Source of the DNA: Haliotis rubra
Lineage: Eukaryota
NCBI RefSeq assembly: GCF_003918875.1
Contig: NW_025764891.1
Coordinates: 8,742,001-8,806,000, forward strand
Direction: 5' to 3'
DNA length: 64,000 nucleotides
Positions 38,091-52,819 of the stretch are shown piece after piece. Positions within the stretch are counted from its first letter, which is position 1, and every line of letters starts with the position of its first letter. A model generated the notes under the pieces. It did no database searches and had not been told where the DNA came from. It saw only the letters and a program-made list of their open reading frames with translations. Both the position numbers and the translations under genes were made by a program.

Positions 38091-39002
38091 TATGAGCCAT
38101 GGCTGTCTGGCTTGCTACTGTTAATGTTGATGCTCAACTTGGAATGTAAATGTCACCCATAATGGATTTGTGACAAGTTGGTTGTGTAGACTAATTAGTG
38201 TTATATCACAATAAGTATCAAAATGTAAACAAGCATGCAAGTTGTTCTGTTGCTCTTGGGTTGATGTTAAGGTATCCCAACACGAGCTGAATTCGACGTT
38301 CTGGTGATTTTGACGATTGCATTGCACGCGCTATATCGGGGGAGTACGTGTGCAATCGGAGTGCACAAACAGTTTCACTGGTAGGGCGGGTGCCCAGTCG
38401 CTGTCGTGAGAAGTTTTATTGACAATGGAAATCAGGAAGTAAAATTATATAAAAAGCAAACAAACATCAATATTATTCACCCGAGATCGTTAATACCACT
38501 TCAGATGAAAAAATCAGTTGCCTTTATAACAAAAAATAGAAAGCGAAAATTCAGTTAGATCAGTCCTCTGCAATATATAAATAGGAAGCCACGTGATCAC
38601 AACACTCCCTCGCAGTGCGGAGCAAAAAGTATGGCTCATCGTCGAAAACCCATACAAAATACCCGCATGTTACGAGCGGCAACAGATTCGCTGATACCAT
38701 GCCACCACACTATTTTTGTAGGGATCACTTGATATTTTTGTGTGAAATAGATGAATATATCCTTTATCACTCAAGGTTAGTAAAATAAAAACTTTAAATG
38801 GTATTACAGATAAAAAATACGTTTTTGTCTTACATCGTGGAAAACCCCTGACACCGGCATACTACATCAAATTGTTTATGCTGGTGACTAAGGTATGTTG
38901 TTAAAATCAAAGGCAACAATTGTTTGTTAAGTCATCTTATCTGTGGGAAACTATTGGTTATTTATCATAAAGATATCAGAAATCAAAGGTAACTCATAAT
39001 TA

Positions 39003-39666
39003 AAGTACTGTCAGAAATGCTAGAAAAATGCTTTTTGACTTATATTTAAAATTCAGAGGTATTACAGTTACTTAAATAACAAATATCACTTTAAGAAACA
39101 TCTACCTAATGTAGACCGAGGGAATAAATTTTTAGACATGCCCTAAAATGCGTTTTTACTGATGAAAATACCAAAAACTTAGAAAAATAAGAGGTAGTGG
39201 GACGTTATTTGATACAAACATTAACTGCCTGTGTTACGTCATCAGCATGCACGGTATCGACAGGTGAAATTGACACCTGAGCACACGCAAATAGTTGGCC
39301 ATAGTGAACACTGTGATAAAGATGTGCATGCATGACAGGAAACTTATTTATCAAGACTTAACATTTATACTAATATTTCTTCAATAAAGAAACGATAATT
39401 AAGTAAAGTAACACAAACATTCAACATTTATTTGTGTAAGAAAAACGTTAATTTATATTTTTACACCACTTGTATTATTAGCATAAATGTAAAGACTATT
39501 TCAGATTTCTGTAAACTGCCCTTTAAATGCATGGGAATGTTAAATCAATTGAAATAAAAATTAGGTACACTATAGGTGAGTTGATATATTGACAACATAA
39601 TACATTGATCACCTTTCTAAAGATATTAAGGCTAAAAAGCATTTTTCTAGCATTTCCGACAGTACT
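39003..39666. mobile_element. Kolobok-like MITE
   Basis: TTAA|agtactgtcagaaatgctagaaaaatgcttttt ... aaaaagcatttttctagcatttccgacagtact|TTAG: about 33-bp TIR. Confidence 0.8.
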
Positions 39667-40751
39667 TTAGTAAGACATTTTTAATTATAACCACCTTTTC
39701 ACTTGGGTTTGTAAGTCAGACATAACTATAGGTTACTTTATTATAAGGTTACTGCATGGGGACTGCTCACTAAGCGATCTTAGGGCCAAGGTGATTGTAA
39801 CTCCCATGCCTTGACACTGGCTTACAACACTTGTAGTGCTAATATCACTTTGTGGAATGGGCACCTAGTGTCTAATACTTGAAGTGGTTACTAGAGCGCC
39901 ATGTACTGTAAAGAACCATTTCAATGTTTTGACACCATGGACCTTGTGCTATAATCTGATTATACCATGGTCAGCATTCAAAGAACCTAGTCATAACCCA
40001 TGAAGATCAGGGTTAGAATTGGTCTTCAGCATCCCATGCTTGTCGTAAGAGACAATGGGATCGGGTGGTCAGGCTCGCTGACTTGGTTGACATATGTTCC
40101 AATTGCGCAGATCGATGCTCAGGCTGTTGATCATTGGATTGTCTGGTCCAGGCTCCATTGTTTACAGACAGCCACCATGTAGCTGGAATATTGCTGAGTG
40201 CAATAGTAAGCAGCAAACAAGCAAAGATCAAAGAACCTGGAATCTAAATTTTTAAACATTTTTTTGATAACCGCAGGTAAAGATATTTAAGAACTCTGTG
40301 TTTAACAGTAAGAGTGTTAACAGTTTATTGTTATATGATACAAAATGTTTCCTGTGCCTTTAACAGTGGCACCGCCATATAGCTGGTATATCCAGCGATT
40401 CTAGTTATGAACTGCATGTCGTGCAGCAAGCTTCCACTCATGTACGTCCAGCTGCAGTGTCACCTAGATATTGATTGCCATGATGACAAGCCTACTGCGA
40501 GCAAACAGCCCTGATCAAGATGAGAGTAATTTTTTTCTAGCAGTTCTTTGAACAAAAAGCTACCAAATCATGTGAGCAAGCAATGCAGAGAAGAACTCTA
40601 AAATGTACTGCATTAAATACCGATTTCACCTTTCATAAACAGATAAACTAATAGTTCTAATGAAGGTAAATATTTAGTTTTAAATTCATAAAGTTTCTTC
40701 CATGTTGCTGTAACAGACGACTATATTCTTTAGTCTTCAGTGCAGACTTTA

Positions 40752-41470
40752 ATAATAATAATAATAATAATAATGAGTGAATTTGTAACGCGCCAATCTC
40801 CACGCTAGCTGGTATGCTCATGGCGCTACAAGTAAAGTTATTTGGGTGAGAGTCTAGACAAAGTACTTCTTAAATAAAAACGTTTTGAGGAGAGTTTTGA
40901 AGGAGTGCAGGCTTGGGGCTGTTTTGAGATCTTCAGGCAGAGAATTCCATAGAACAGCTGATTGGTAGGCAAATGATCTGAATCCAAATCATTTTAGTCT
41001 GTATCTGGGCACTGTGCACAGAATTTGGGACTGGGATCTGAGAGTTCTTGTTGGATTATACTGGCTTACAAGTTCACACAAATAGGATATGGCGCGATAG
41101 CGTTAAGGCACTGGTATGCGAGTACAAGAACTCAATTCTAGCTGAGATGGGCAGCCAGTGTAGGGATCGTAGAAGTGGCTGTATATGTGCAAACTTTGGA
41201 GCAAGACACACAATTCGAGCTGCAGTATTTTGTATTTTCTGTAACTTTGAGACAGATTCTTGTGACACACCACACAGTAGGCTATTGCAATAGTCCAGGC
41301 GTGAGAATATCAGTGTTCGAACTAATGCAGCGGCAGCTTCCTGGGATATAAGATGCCTTACTTTGCCGATGTTTCTTAAATGAAAATGGCATTTTCGACA
41401 TAGCTCTTGTATCTGACATACTCAATGTGGACTCTATGAAGACACCCAGATTCTTAACTTTAAAGGTTGA
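40752..41470 (-). mobile_element. L2/CR1-group LINE, 5'-truncated 3' fragment
   Basis: Minus strand encodes RLDYCNSLLCGVSQESVSKLQKIQNTAARIV...LRSLHWLPISARIEF, the post-RT C-terminal motif of L2/CR1 ORF2, followed by an (att)n tail at 40752-40773. Confidence 0.88.
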
Positions 41471-41833
41471 ATTCTGCTAGTGACACATTTTTTCACGATT
41501 TTGTTTTATTATCAAGGGAAATGGTATAAGCAAGACAAGTTCTGTCATTGCAACAGGTGAAATAATGATTCAGTTAGTTCATGTGCGACCAAAGACAAAG
41601 TGAGTAAGTGAGTTTAGTTGTACGACACGTTTAGCAATATTCCAGCAAAATCATGTCAGGGTACACCAGAGATGGGTTTCACACATTGTACCCATGTGAG
41701 GAATCGAACCCGGGTCTTTGTCATGACGAATGAACACCTTAACCACTAGGTTATCCACCAACCAAAAGACAAAGGAGCCATGGTTTAAGATACGTTAAGT
41801 CATCAGTAACTATTTGGTTTAGAGACCTACAGT

Positions 41834-42249
41834 CAGGGTTTTACACAGACTTTTATAAATGGGAGTCATGGTGACTCACAACATATACTTTTGGGAGTCA
41901 TTTCCAATATTTGGGAGTCATGAACATTTTAATATTTCTTTGTGTTAATCATTCTCAGTATGTAACTGTGTATGTCACACCACCAAATGAAACTACAGCA
42001 TTGTTCAGTTCAAACAACCAGGATGACTGTCTCCTCTGAGTTCTCTGGAATAATCTGACAACTCCATAAAAGTCAAACTATCATCGAGCAATATCATTTT
42101 TTGCTCATCAAATCGATTTTATTGTGGACTGAATTGTGAGGGCAACCCATTAAACCTGTGTCAAGCTTGACTCGTATGATAATATTTTGAGAGTCGTTTA
42201 CAAAATTGTTGCGTCAAATATGCAGGAATCACGTGTCCTGAAAACCCTG
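41834..42249. mobile_element. hAT-like MITE
   Basis: cagggtttt ... aaaaccctg termini flanked by the direct repeat tacagt. Confidence 0.6.
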
Positions 42250-43350
42250 TACAGTCAGAGGTACAACTTGGAATCTTGAAGCAGAGGCTACATAAACTCT
42301 GACCCTCTTGGTTACTAAAATATTTCAATTTTTAGGCAACTACTGAGTGAGTGAGTGAGTAAGTTTAGTTTTACGCCGCACTCAGCAATATCCCAGCTAT
42401 ATGGCGGCGGTCTGTAAATAATCGAGTCTGGACCAGACAATCCAGTGATCAACAGCATGAGCATCGATCTGCGCAATTGGGAACCGATGACATGTGTCAA
42501 CCAAGTGAGCGAAACTGACCACCCGATCCCGTTAGTCGCCTCTTACGACAAGCATAGTCGGCAACTACTGATGATGAGGGGTTCATAAATCATGAGTTAC
42601 CTTTGGTTCAGATTTCTGTAGTCATGGTCAACATTATCGTGGGTCAGTGTACCAGGTACTTTATAGGTGTGCTTGTGATGCAGAATGATTTAGTTCCTCC
42701 TGTCAAAGAACATATTTGATGGCCTTTGAAGGGCCAACCGAAAAATATTCCACCACTAAAAAAAAGAATCTTCAAAGCACCTTTGGTTAAATGAAAATCT
42801 TTAAGTTCTGTGCTGACATGACACTTGTACACACAATTTTGTGATCAGTCATAAATTTTAAGGTCTTGAAACCTTAAAGTTTAAAGTTAGATATTTCTTT
42901 TCCTACAGCCTTTGTTTGCATAATAAAGAAATATTACATCAATACACATTTTTTATTGACTGCAAATAATGTGTGATCTGATGTTGAGCAGGACAGGTGC
43001 ACCAGCATTTTGACACTGAATTCACCATACTCACATGAACCTACTAGCCATTATGCAACTTCAATAATCCCCATTCTTTCTTCCCCAAATGTACATTAAA
43101 CATATCTCACCTCTCATCTTGAGAATTGAATGAGAATTCATCACACACTGCAGTTGAGCTCATTTCTTGAAAGCTCGTTCACAGATGTCTTTGTTTTGCA
43201 ACCCTTGTCAGCCATCTGTTGATTATTCATCTTAGCTGCATTATTGCATATAGCTGTTAAAGGTCATTACTTCAGGTAACAGAGGATATCCCTATCAAAA
43301 TTTCAGTAGTATATTTTCAGCTTTGTGTGGAGAAGTGTAATAAGCATTAA

Positions 43351-44425
43351 AGGTCACATGCAACGTAAAACACAACTTTGCAGATTCTGATACCTTTCGG
43401 TATGGACTTACCGAAACAAAGCGTCAAAAATGCAAATTCAACTTATAAAGTTGAAAAATAACGCGATGAAAAAAACCGCGCGAAATCGGAGTTCAAACGT
43501 TTCACTAATTTTCCCCAGACTTTTCTGGGGAATACGGGTTTCAACAGCTGGGCTGCGCTCATAGCATGTGCACAGTGAAATAGGTTCGCGCAACTTGGTA
43601 GCGGGCTGTATGGTGAATACTCGGTGAAGGCTTTGGTGTGAGCTATTTTCGTAATGTTTTGTTGATGTCTCACAGGCGCGAGCTTTTTATATGTTATGAC
43701 AGTAAATAAACTGTTTATATAATTTTATTTGTCTATTTCACCACACGTTCTTCTTACCGAGTCACTTTCTCAGTTCGATACTTAAAAGCAATGTCATTAT
43801 TTAGCGTTGACACAATTTCTAACTGTGATATAGATATGTCGCTGTCACAGACAAAACTCAATGTCTTGTTTTATTGACACCTGTGTGTCTGCCTGCCTGT
43901 CTGCTAATGACAATATTCAATACACAACTGCGATCACTGACCACATGCAATTTGAACTTAACACCAATCAGGCTATACACCATAAACAAAGCGCATTGAT
44001 TTATGGCCCGAGTTCGGTCTCTGTCACATTATGTAATTACACAGACAGGCAGGTGTGATACTTGAACACATGACATGTTATGATGTCTGTTGATTGCAAA
44101 ATGTTATACACAAAAAATGAGCATGTATTTACAAAACCCAACATCTCTATATATACACACACAATGAGCCGTGAAGGAAGCATCTGCTAATGAACCAGCC
44201 GTTACACTTGAGTGCACACCCACCCGCTCTGACTGGGTTCGGTATCCCGGCTGCTTCGTTTCGACGGAGGTAAACCCAAGTACAAAATATTGCACATTTG
44301 ATTTGCGATTATACGCTTATAATTTTGTTTATTTGTTTTTTCATAATCAGCAATGCATATTATATGTCATGAAGAAGTGATAATTGTGTTTTAATTATGT
44401 TTGATTTTTTGGTTGCATGTGACCT
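43351..44425. mobile_element. Kolobok-like non-autonomous DNA transposon
   Basis: TTAA|aggtcacatgcaac ... gttgcatgtgacct|TTAA: 14-bp perfect TIR starting with RR, TTAA TSD, no coding capacity. Confidence 0.85.
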
Positions 44426-47084
44426 TTAAGCATTTTGACACAGACAAAAATCATTTTGTTTATTGTGCAATTAAAATCAGAAAAATGCATCAATGTATCA
44501 TGACTTTCCCTCGAAAGATTTTCATATTTTTTATCCTCAATTGATTTGTTTCCCTCTTGTGGTCAGTAAGGTTAAATGGCCACATACTGACCAATGTTTC
44601 ACCAGTTAATATTTCAACATTAGGCACTATCTTCAAAACACAACTTTGCAGGTAAAGGGTTCTTGTAGAGGGTATGTTGTGTCCGAACTATGTATATATG
44701 AAATCATTTCAGTAGTTGCCACCTAGCATTATAATGTTTGCTTTATGCTGATTGACTATTCTGTGCCAAATGTCATGATTTGAAAAGGAAATGTAAATTA
44801 ATGTATCAATGTATTTTTTCACACAAAAAATTGAAGGTTTCATTGTCTCACTGTTATTGACATCGCAGATGATCCAATGTGACATCGTTCCTTAAAGGCT
44901 GAATACCTGAATGTAGACCATGTAACCCAGTGTCCCATTTCACAAAACTATCGTAGTGCTACGACTGTCATATTGCTATAGTTAAACATATACTTACGGC
45001 GGTTGTAGAGCTAATGTCGTTTTTTGAAACGGGGCAAAGATGCATATACCGGTAATTGTATATAAAGATATATACAGGAATTGTTGTCAGTAAAAAATAC
45101 AATGGGTTGTATTAAAAATAACCCACTTGTGACTAGGATTTATGGATTATCTGCTCTTGTTAATTACTGTTTAAAGTTCCTTGATAAAGTTCAAATGAAA
45201 CAAATTAGTTCACTCAGGACAGAGGCGGTCCTCATATCAGCAGATATTTGTAGCATTTTTTCTCATTATTCCCCGCCCACAACGCCTTGTCTCAGACTTC
45301 AGATCTCGTCACTCCGTCTGGGCACAACTGAAACAGCTTCATCAGCTGCAATTAGACACAACTAGATCCAGATAAAGCTACAGGAACTTGATGTATGGAA
45401 TTGTCCTTAATTGTGATTGGCTTTAATTGTGCTTTGGGCCTGGCCAGTCCAGTTTTGCAAGGCACTGCAATTTGAGTGACCTCTGTGCATACAAGGTAAC
45501 TCTGATAATGATGTTCTAATCCTGATTCTCATTGCTCATGTTCTAGATTTGCTAGTACCATAATGAGTGAGTTTACTTTTACGCCACACTCAGCAATCAT
45601 CCAGCAATATGGCGGTGCTCTGTAAATAATCAAGTCTGTACAATCCAGTGATCAACAGCATGAGTATTAATCTACACAATTGGGATACGATGACATGTGT
45701 TAGCCAAGTCGTCATCAAGTCTGACCACCTGATCCCATTAGTCGCCTATTATGACAAGCATGGGTTACTTAAGACAAGCATGGGTTACTGGGTTTGGCAC
45801 CCATATTTGACAGATGTGACATGACTGGAAAACTGTTCAAAGTGTTATTAAACTCTGGCCATAGAAACAGAATTTGTCCTTCTTTTGTTTCCTGTCGACA
45901 GTTTTCTCTTGGTGCATTATTCAGAGTTAAGGCCCTTGCTGTCCGCCTTTCAGTTGGATGTTGAGTGAATAAATATGGACAAATATTCTCAATATCTAAT
46001 TATGTCGATGGATGGAAGGTTGGTGGCATATCTAAGATATATTTATCAGGACGGAGTTCGTAAAAGGTGCCATTGACTATATTTTCCAGTTACATCTCTG
46101 GTTACATGACTTATGTTGTCTGTCTTGCATGGAAGAAATTCCCAACAATGACGTACATTAAGTGGAAGATTCTGTTCAATGCTACAACAAATGAATGAAT
46201 GAAATAAAATGCAGATATCTTAATTTACAAACAACAAAATTTATATGAATACAATGAGGCCGTTACATTGTTTGAGGAAAGCATCCGTCAATATCTATAT
46301 AAAGGACCATATGCCATATATCTGCAGCGGACAACGAAAACGTTTGATTTAATGACTTATGATATAATAACTCGTATTCATTTATCAACTGAACACATAA
46401 GTTTGTTGCAGGTGTTTCACACATTTGTAAAGTGTCATTTGCCAGCTGAGACCGAACACCTGACAACTATTTTTATGATGTTCACATATTTTTTTGTTTA
46501 CTTTGAGTTAGATAACAATGTGCTATCAGCTGATCCCTCGTACAAATCATGTTGCGTTTGCACAGGCACTTTACACCAATATATTCGTGTATTCTGTCTG
46601 ATTAAATATAAAGCTATAAAAATGGGATCTGAGTCAATGTTATCATGAATGCATAACAAATCAGATAATGCTTGCACAGGTGGGATACTGGGTTTTGTTC
46701 AAGTCCGACTATTACTACCAGAGATTGTACCACATAACAGCATCCGGTGTGCATCTTCCTTCATATTTTGTCTGCTTGTTTAAGATGAAGAAATTAATTA
46801 ATTGATATACACCGTTCAATATATATTGAAATCTTCACAGATCCATGAAACCAATCAGATATCAGAAATACATATAAACATAAAGTTGATTCCACTACCT
46901 TTACAGATGGTGGTTGGGGGTGGTTGATGGGGTGAGGGATAGCCTAGTGCTTAAAGCATTCACTCTTCACACTGAAGACACGGAATCGATTCCCCACATG
47001 GGTACAGTGTGTGAAGCCCATTTCTGGTGTCCCCCGCTGTGATATTGCTAGAAGTCTCTCACTTTACAGGTGGTAGCCCAGTCT

Positions 47085-47468
47085 CTAGCCTGTCTCACAG
47101 TCCCTGAACCACATTATTTTCCCTACTGCCTAGCCTTACTTCCCTGCAATGCTAAAGCCCTAAATGAAACAAGGCTAGATTTCCTCAGGTTCTGAATGAT
47201 CTCACTGGAGCTCCTTTTATATTGAAAAGAATTATTTGATTCTATCAAAATTATATGCTGTATATTCAGAGACTAAGTCTGTCTCATAGTCCCTGAATCC
47301 CATTATTTTAACTACTGCCTTGCCCTCCCTGCAAAGCTGAAGCCATGAAGAAAGGCTATATTTCCCCTGGTTCTGAATCTCCCATCTGACTGGGGCTCCT
47401 TTTAAATTTAAAGGAATTATTTGATTCTGTTAAATTATATATATTAAGAGACTAAGCATTAATCGACC
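47085..47468 (+). repeat. Head-to-tail dimer of a ~190-bp dispersed repeat (single copies at about 16940-17150 and 59428-59620)
   Basis: Shared tccctgaacc..ccctgcaatgctaaagccct.aatgaa..gctccttttcaatttaaa..aaaattatata..cagagactaag. Confidence 0.75.
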
Positions 47469-48117
47469 TAGCCTTTTGTCGTGGTCAGTGGTATCAGCCA
47501 TCAAATCGTCTCACTGCAGTCTCATGTGGCAGTGTGAGACATGTGGCAGCGCGAGACTGCCGGGTTGAAAGATCAGTGCTCCTTTAAATTACTTTTTACT
47601 TTGTGTGACCTTATTGTTATATTAATACAGGGATAAGACATGACAGGTAAGAGTATTTTGTGTCAAATATGATGCATCGGGAATGATGATTAGGAATATG
47701 TTTCCACAGACCTGACGTCAAAATATGAGTATGACAGATTCTTGCGTCATATAATACCTCATGTGGTGTTCTGGGTACTTACGTAGCCGCTGACGGAGAT
47801 GTAGCTTGCCAATGTCTGGGTTGATACGCAGCTATTGATGGGTTTATTAACTAAAAGAACAGTATATAAGTATATATTCTTACGTCACCAGTCGCAAATG
47901 AAGATAATTAAGGTGTGGGTTTGCAGATGGCACCATCTATCAGGAAATATTTTCTCCTAATAACTGCCGTCAGTGTGTCGCAAGTTATGGTGCTCCTCTG
48001 ACAGAGTTGAGGCTGCAGAGTCTGTTAGGTGAGTAGTTTATATGCCAGCTGTTACTTAAGATCAGAAGGATTATTGTCAAAAAAGGGACAGGTGCACAAG
48101 ACATAGCAATTAACAAT

Positions 48118-48623
48118 TATTATTATTATACAATATTTATATAGCGCACATATCCAGGCAACTAGTGCTTGCTCAAGGTGCTTTTTTTCCCTCGATCATT
48201 GGATGTCAATCACATCGTGTTATCAATCTCAACTCCCTGGGGAGTATACAACTTTTGCAGCCACTAGGCACACCGAGTTATTGTGGCTTTCTCATCCTAA
48301 CGAGGTACCCATTCACAGCTGGGTGGACTGGGACACAGAGTCACAGTACTTTGTCCAAGTTCACTGCACGTTGCTGTACCTGCAACTAGGTGTTTGCACG
48401 TATTCATGTGGCCACCATCTGGTCATATACCAATGGATTCGTGGGTTCTTTTAAGTGCACAGGGTTGTGTACTGTACACTAGGGGTTGTGACAACACTGA
48501 AACAGTCTGCACACAACGTTGACTCCAAGGTTTTTACACCCGGTCACAGGTGGGCTCAATCCTGACACCTCAACCTCGCCGGATCACTAGCCTGGCGCCT
48601 TAGCCAGCTCGCCCACCGCGCCC
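48118..48623 (-). mobile_element. tRNA-derived SINE family C
   Basis: Second copy. Reverse-complement head gggcgcggtgggcgagctggctaaggcgcc; contains gtgcacttaaaagaaccc and cagtccacccagctgtgaatgggtacc blocks. Confidence 0.85.
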
Positions 48624-49499
48624 AATTCACAATCTTTTGCGATTAACAATTGAAATATAAAATGAATCAGATTTACAAACCAATACAAATGACTGTAAAA
48701 TATTGACAATGACAACACACAATAGAGTGAGTGAGTGAATATAGTTTTACTCCGCTTTTAGCAATATTCCAGCAATATCATACCGGTGAACACCAGAAAT
48801 GGGCTTCACACATTGTACCAATGTGGGGAATCAAACCCGGGCCTTCAGCGTGACGAGCAAACACTTTAACCACTAGGTTACCCCACCGCCCCACATGCAA
48901 TAGAATGGCAATACAGAATTCAGTGGTAGTACAGTTAGAAAGTATTAAATACAAGGTAATAGTAACAAAGTAGGTGATATTAACATTCACCTAGCTGCCA
49001 CAGTGATAAAGCTTCCACAATACGTCTAGTTTGGACATCCCAGGTGAAAATATGATCTTCTGGTTTGGATGGTATGAGATGCACTTGCTGACTTATATTG
49101 TCGAAATACAGTTCCAGAAAGTTCTATATCGTGCTGGTTTAATCTGCGCTGTTCTAGAAGATTCCTGATTACACTTGACTCCAAAAATGTATGGATAGTT
49201 ATTTCCACACCACTGCTAACAATACAGAGTAATATATATTCCTGACAACCAATTAGGGTTAAAACACACGGCCAGAGTCGCAGTTTCTCATACGGTAGTA
49301 ATTACAATGTCTAGAGCTGGGAACAAAATGGCTAAGATTATGAAGCTTAATCTGCCTCTAAGCTGAGTGTATTTGGCGTCTCAGATATGTTGCCTAGCCA
49401 ATTCAAATAAATCATTATGCCTGGTCATGTGTTTGTTATGATATTGTCTGGTAAAGTGTGTGCACTTATACAGATCAAATATACTCGTGTTCTAATACC

Positions 49500-49697
49500 C
49501 TGTGTGTTTCTGTCCGTTTGTGTCTTGTGTGCGTGCGTGAGTGTGTTTGTGTGCGAACATGCATCTGTGTGGATCTCTGTGCATGTGTGCCTCCATGCAT
49601 GTCTCTGCATGCATGCATGTGAGTCTGCGTGTGTGTCTGTGCATGCGTGTGTCTGTGTGTGTGCATGTGCGTGCATGCGTACCGGGATGTGTCTGTG
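49500..49697. repeat. Degenerate (TG/CA) alternating purine-pyrimidine microsatellite
   Basis: gtgtgcgtgcatgc-rich tract. Confidence 0.85.
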
Positions 49698-50654
49698 ACA
49701 AGACCTGGTAGCACCAAGGGGAAGTGCCATGTTTTAAATGACCAGTTTTAATGATTACACAAGGGACACTAAGCATATACTTCTAACAAGATTACATGCA
49801 CACCATGACCTGATCCTCGCACAAACTATCTCCAAATAGAATCGGATGAATATGAAGCTGACTATATAAGTGCAATTATCAGCTGATATGTAGACTGGCT
49901 GGTGGCTCAGATGTTATTTGCCTGCATAATGACACCAGGATGCTACTAGTAATGGCTGAAAACTTCAGAGCCTACTAAGGATATATATACTTTTCATTCT
50001 TCAAGGCTGCATTTAAATCAAACATATAATCAGGCAGCCTATTCCTGCAGGCATTAAAGGGACGAGGTAGTCTCTGTTAAATATGAACAAAGTTGGCTAT
50101 CTCGCTGTCATTAAATGTCTGTACTGGATTGAACAGTGAAGGATTCATCCTTTTGATATCAAATATATCACCACAAGTTGATAAAGTTACAAATATCCGA
50201 GGCTTGCCGATTCTATTTATCATCCAAAATCAATCATCATTAGTTTTCAATAAAACATGTACATCACTGAACACAGTACTGCCATTAGACTTGCAGTGCA
50301 GCGATGTCATAGCATTGTGACGTCATCAAGTTCATGACATCATAGCATTGTCAGGGCATTGTACAAAATCTACTGTCAACATGATATCTCCTAGGAGATA
50401 TCGTATGATCTCGCACAAGCAATATCTCCTGGAACACAGTTTTGGATGATAAAGAAACGTACCCTACGAGGAGTCCATACAACACAGTTTTCTTGATCAG
50501 AACAGCCATATTATTATATGAGATGCATTCGTTTGCATTATATTAGAAACAAGGATGCACAGTGATGAATATTTTGTGATGTACAGCATCATTCACAATC
50601 AGGCAAATGGGAACTATAAAATTAACCTGTCTTGGTTTCGAGTTGATGAATATG

Positions 50655-50790
50655 GACTCACGTCTCCTCAGAAGAAGGTAAAGTCGCTTCCATCAGGTGG
50701 CAAAGTTATGTCTTCAGTTTTCTGGGATTCCAAACCTTACCTGCTTTAAGGTCAGACCATTGATGGCCAGTACTGAGCTAATTGTCTTTA
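50655..50790 (+). pseudogene. mariner transposase fragment
   Basis: PQKKVKSLPSGGKVMSSVFWDSK..L*GQTIDGQY*AN matches the mariner motif PKK..SAGKVM..VFWD..G.TI.G.YY..LL, with an internal deletion and stops. Confidence 0.7.
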
Positions 50791-51720
50791 GATCTCTCTC
50801 AGAAACTTGAGATTTGTCTCATTCAGTGACTTCAAGGTCATAAGATCTCATTTGCTCAGTGTTTCACAGTAATTCTTGCCTCTTCTCTTGAAGTAACTTT
50901 GAAACGTCTTATAAAGAATAAAAGGAACTTGTTATCTATAAAACGTGTCATGTATTCATGTTTCTCCAACTTCTAAATGCCTTTGAAGAACTTCACTGGG
51001 TCATAACATCTCACTAAAAGTTTTCGAACTCAATCACTCAAAGATATGATATCTAACTGAGTGTCTTGGGATCTCACTTAATAACTCAATGAAATTATAA
51101 TTCACGGAAGACTTGAGAATCTACTTAATGACCTAGATATTTTACATCTGATTTGATCCAAAATGGAATGCAATTTCACTCAGTATTTTGAAATCAGACT
51201 CACTTATTCACTCAAGGACACAATATCTCACTAAATATCTCGTTGAGTGTCTTGAGATCTCACTTGATAACGCAAACACATTATAACTCACTGAGGACTT
51301 GAGATTCTACCTAATCAGCTGGATATTTGACATCTCATTTGATCATACAAAGAATGCAATTTCACTGAAAATTTTGAAATCACCCTCACTTACTCACTCA
51401 AGGACACATGATACTAAGGCCTGTGAGATGTCACACATATTCTCCTAATGTCTCCAAAATCTCCACTTACTCAACCAGGAACTTAAGATCTCAATGAGTG
51501 TCGTGAGATCTCACTCTATCTCTCAAGGACACAGTATTTCTCCAAAGGACTTAAGATCTCACTGAGTGCCTTGAGATCTCACTCTATCACTCAAGGACAC
51601 AGTAGGTCTCCAAAGGACTTGAGATTTCACTGAGTGCCTTGAGATCTCACTCTATCACTCAAGGACACAATATCTCACTAAAGGACTTCATATGTCTCTC
51701 ATTTAGATCTCACTGACTCC
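50780..51720. repeat. Degenerate tandem repeat region
   Basis: Recurrent gagatctcact..cactcaaggacac..aaaggactt motifs, including a duplicated block of about 190 bp. Confidence 0.7.
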
Positions 51721-52819
51721 AAAACATATCTTACTGACAGTCTACATGGCATGGTACCTTCCATCCACTGTTGATGAACATAACAGTATTACCTGCCTAA
51801 CAAACCTAATTATCCGAATCAGTGACACTGTCCAGGTGTACATGTCTAGCCCCGGCATCACGACACAACATGCCGATTTAAATACACCTCTCACATCTCA
51901 GACAATCTCCAACACTGCAGGGAACAGGATATTTTTAGACGCTATATTGACATGTTTAAGATGACATTGGAGCCAATGTGGTTGGCAGGAGCAATTCAAT
52001 AGGACATTGTCATTTTGTGTGTAGAGATTTGGGTCCACTTCGGGTGACAGATTGCAGGTCCCTTGGAGAAACATCAACCTTCCTGGGGGTAGAACATTAT
52101 TGTTGGCAATCGAAAGTGAACAGCTGTGTTGAGTAGGCTTCATGTGTTGGAGTGGGTTTCACATTGCATGGTCGTTTGCGGATCTGTTTTTGGAAGTTTA
52201 ATTCAGCGTTCTGAAAATGTGTTTTCTGGGTCAAGGCTGTTTGCTGGATCTGAGTGGGTCATAAATGGCTGTGTTTAATTACAGTGTGCAGCATATTAAT
52301 GGAAAGGTTCAAGTTTTCTTAAGGATAATATCCTTAAGTATCATATTCAAATGGATTTAATGACAATATCTGCTTCTGATGATGGTCTGATGGAAGCATG
52401 CAGCTCTTGTAGAGAGGTCAACTCAGAGTTTATAGCTTGTGGTACCTCTGAGATTTGAGAACATTTTGTGTACAAGATCAGATTTGTTCAGGTTATCATT
52501 GTATTTTCTGCATCAACATCAAGATTCTACATTAGAGATGAATAGTTCTGTGATCTGATGATCAGATTTTACAGGAGATCAGTGAATTTGTAGCTTCAGC
52601 ATCAAGATTTGACATCAGGACTGAGCAGCATGGTATGCCTGTCAGATCTAATGACAATTTTATATTTGTGTTCAGCTTTCTTACGGCAATCATTTTATTT
52701 TTCAGCTTCAACATCAAAATTTGACATCAGAATTGTGCAGACCTGTATACCTGTCACATCTGATGACAGTTTTATATAAGTGTTCATCTTTGTTATGAGG
52801 GATCATTTTATTTTTGCAG

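Noticed and set aside
47640-48028. Possible small exons (ATGACAG|gtaaga at about 47646; 47927-48028 ending ttag|gtgagt)
   Set aside because: Weak acceptor, and the phase-1 end is out of frame with the SLC6 exon at 52820; at most 5'UTR/uORF exons, unsupported without RNA data.
49417-49776. His/Thr- and Cys/Val-rich ORFs
   Set aside because: Translations of a TG/CA microsatellite.
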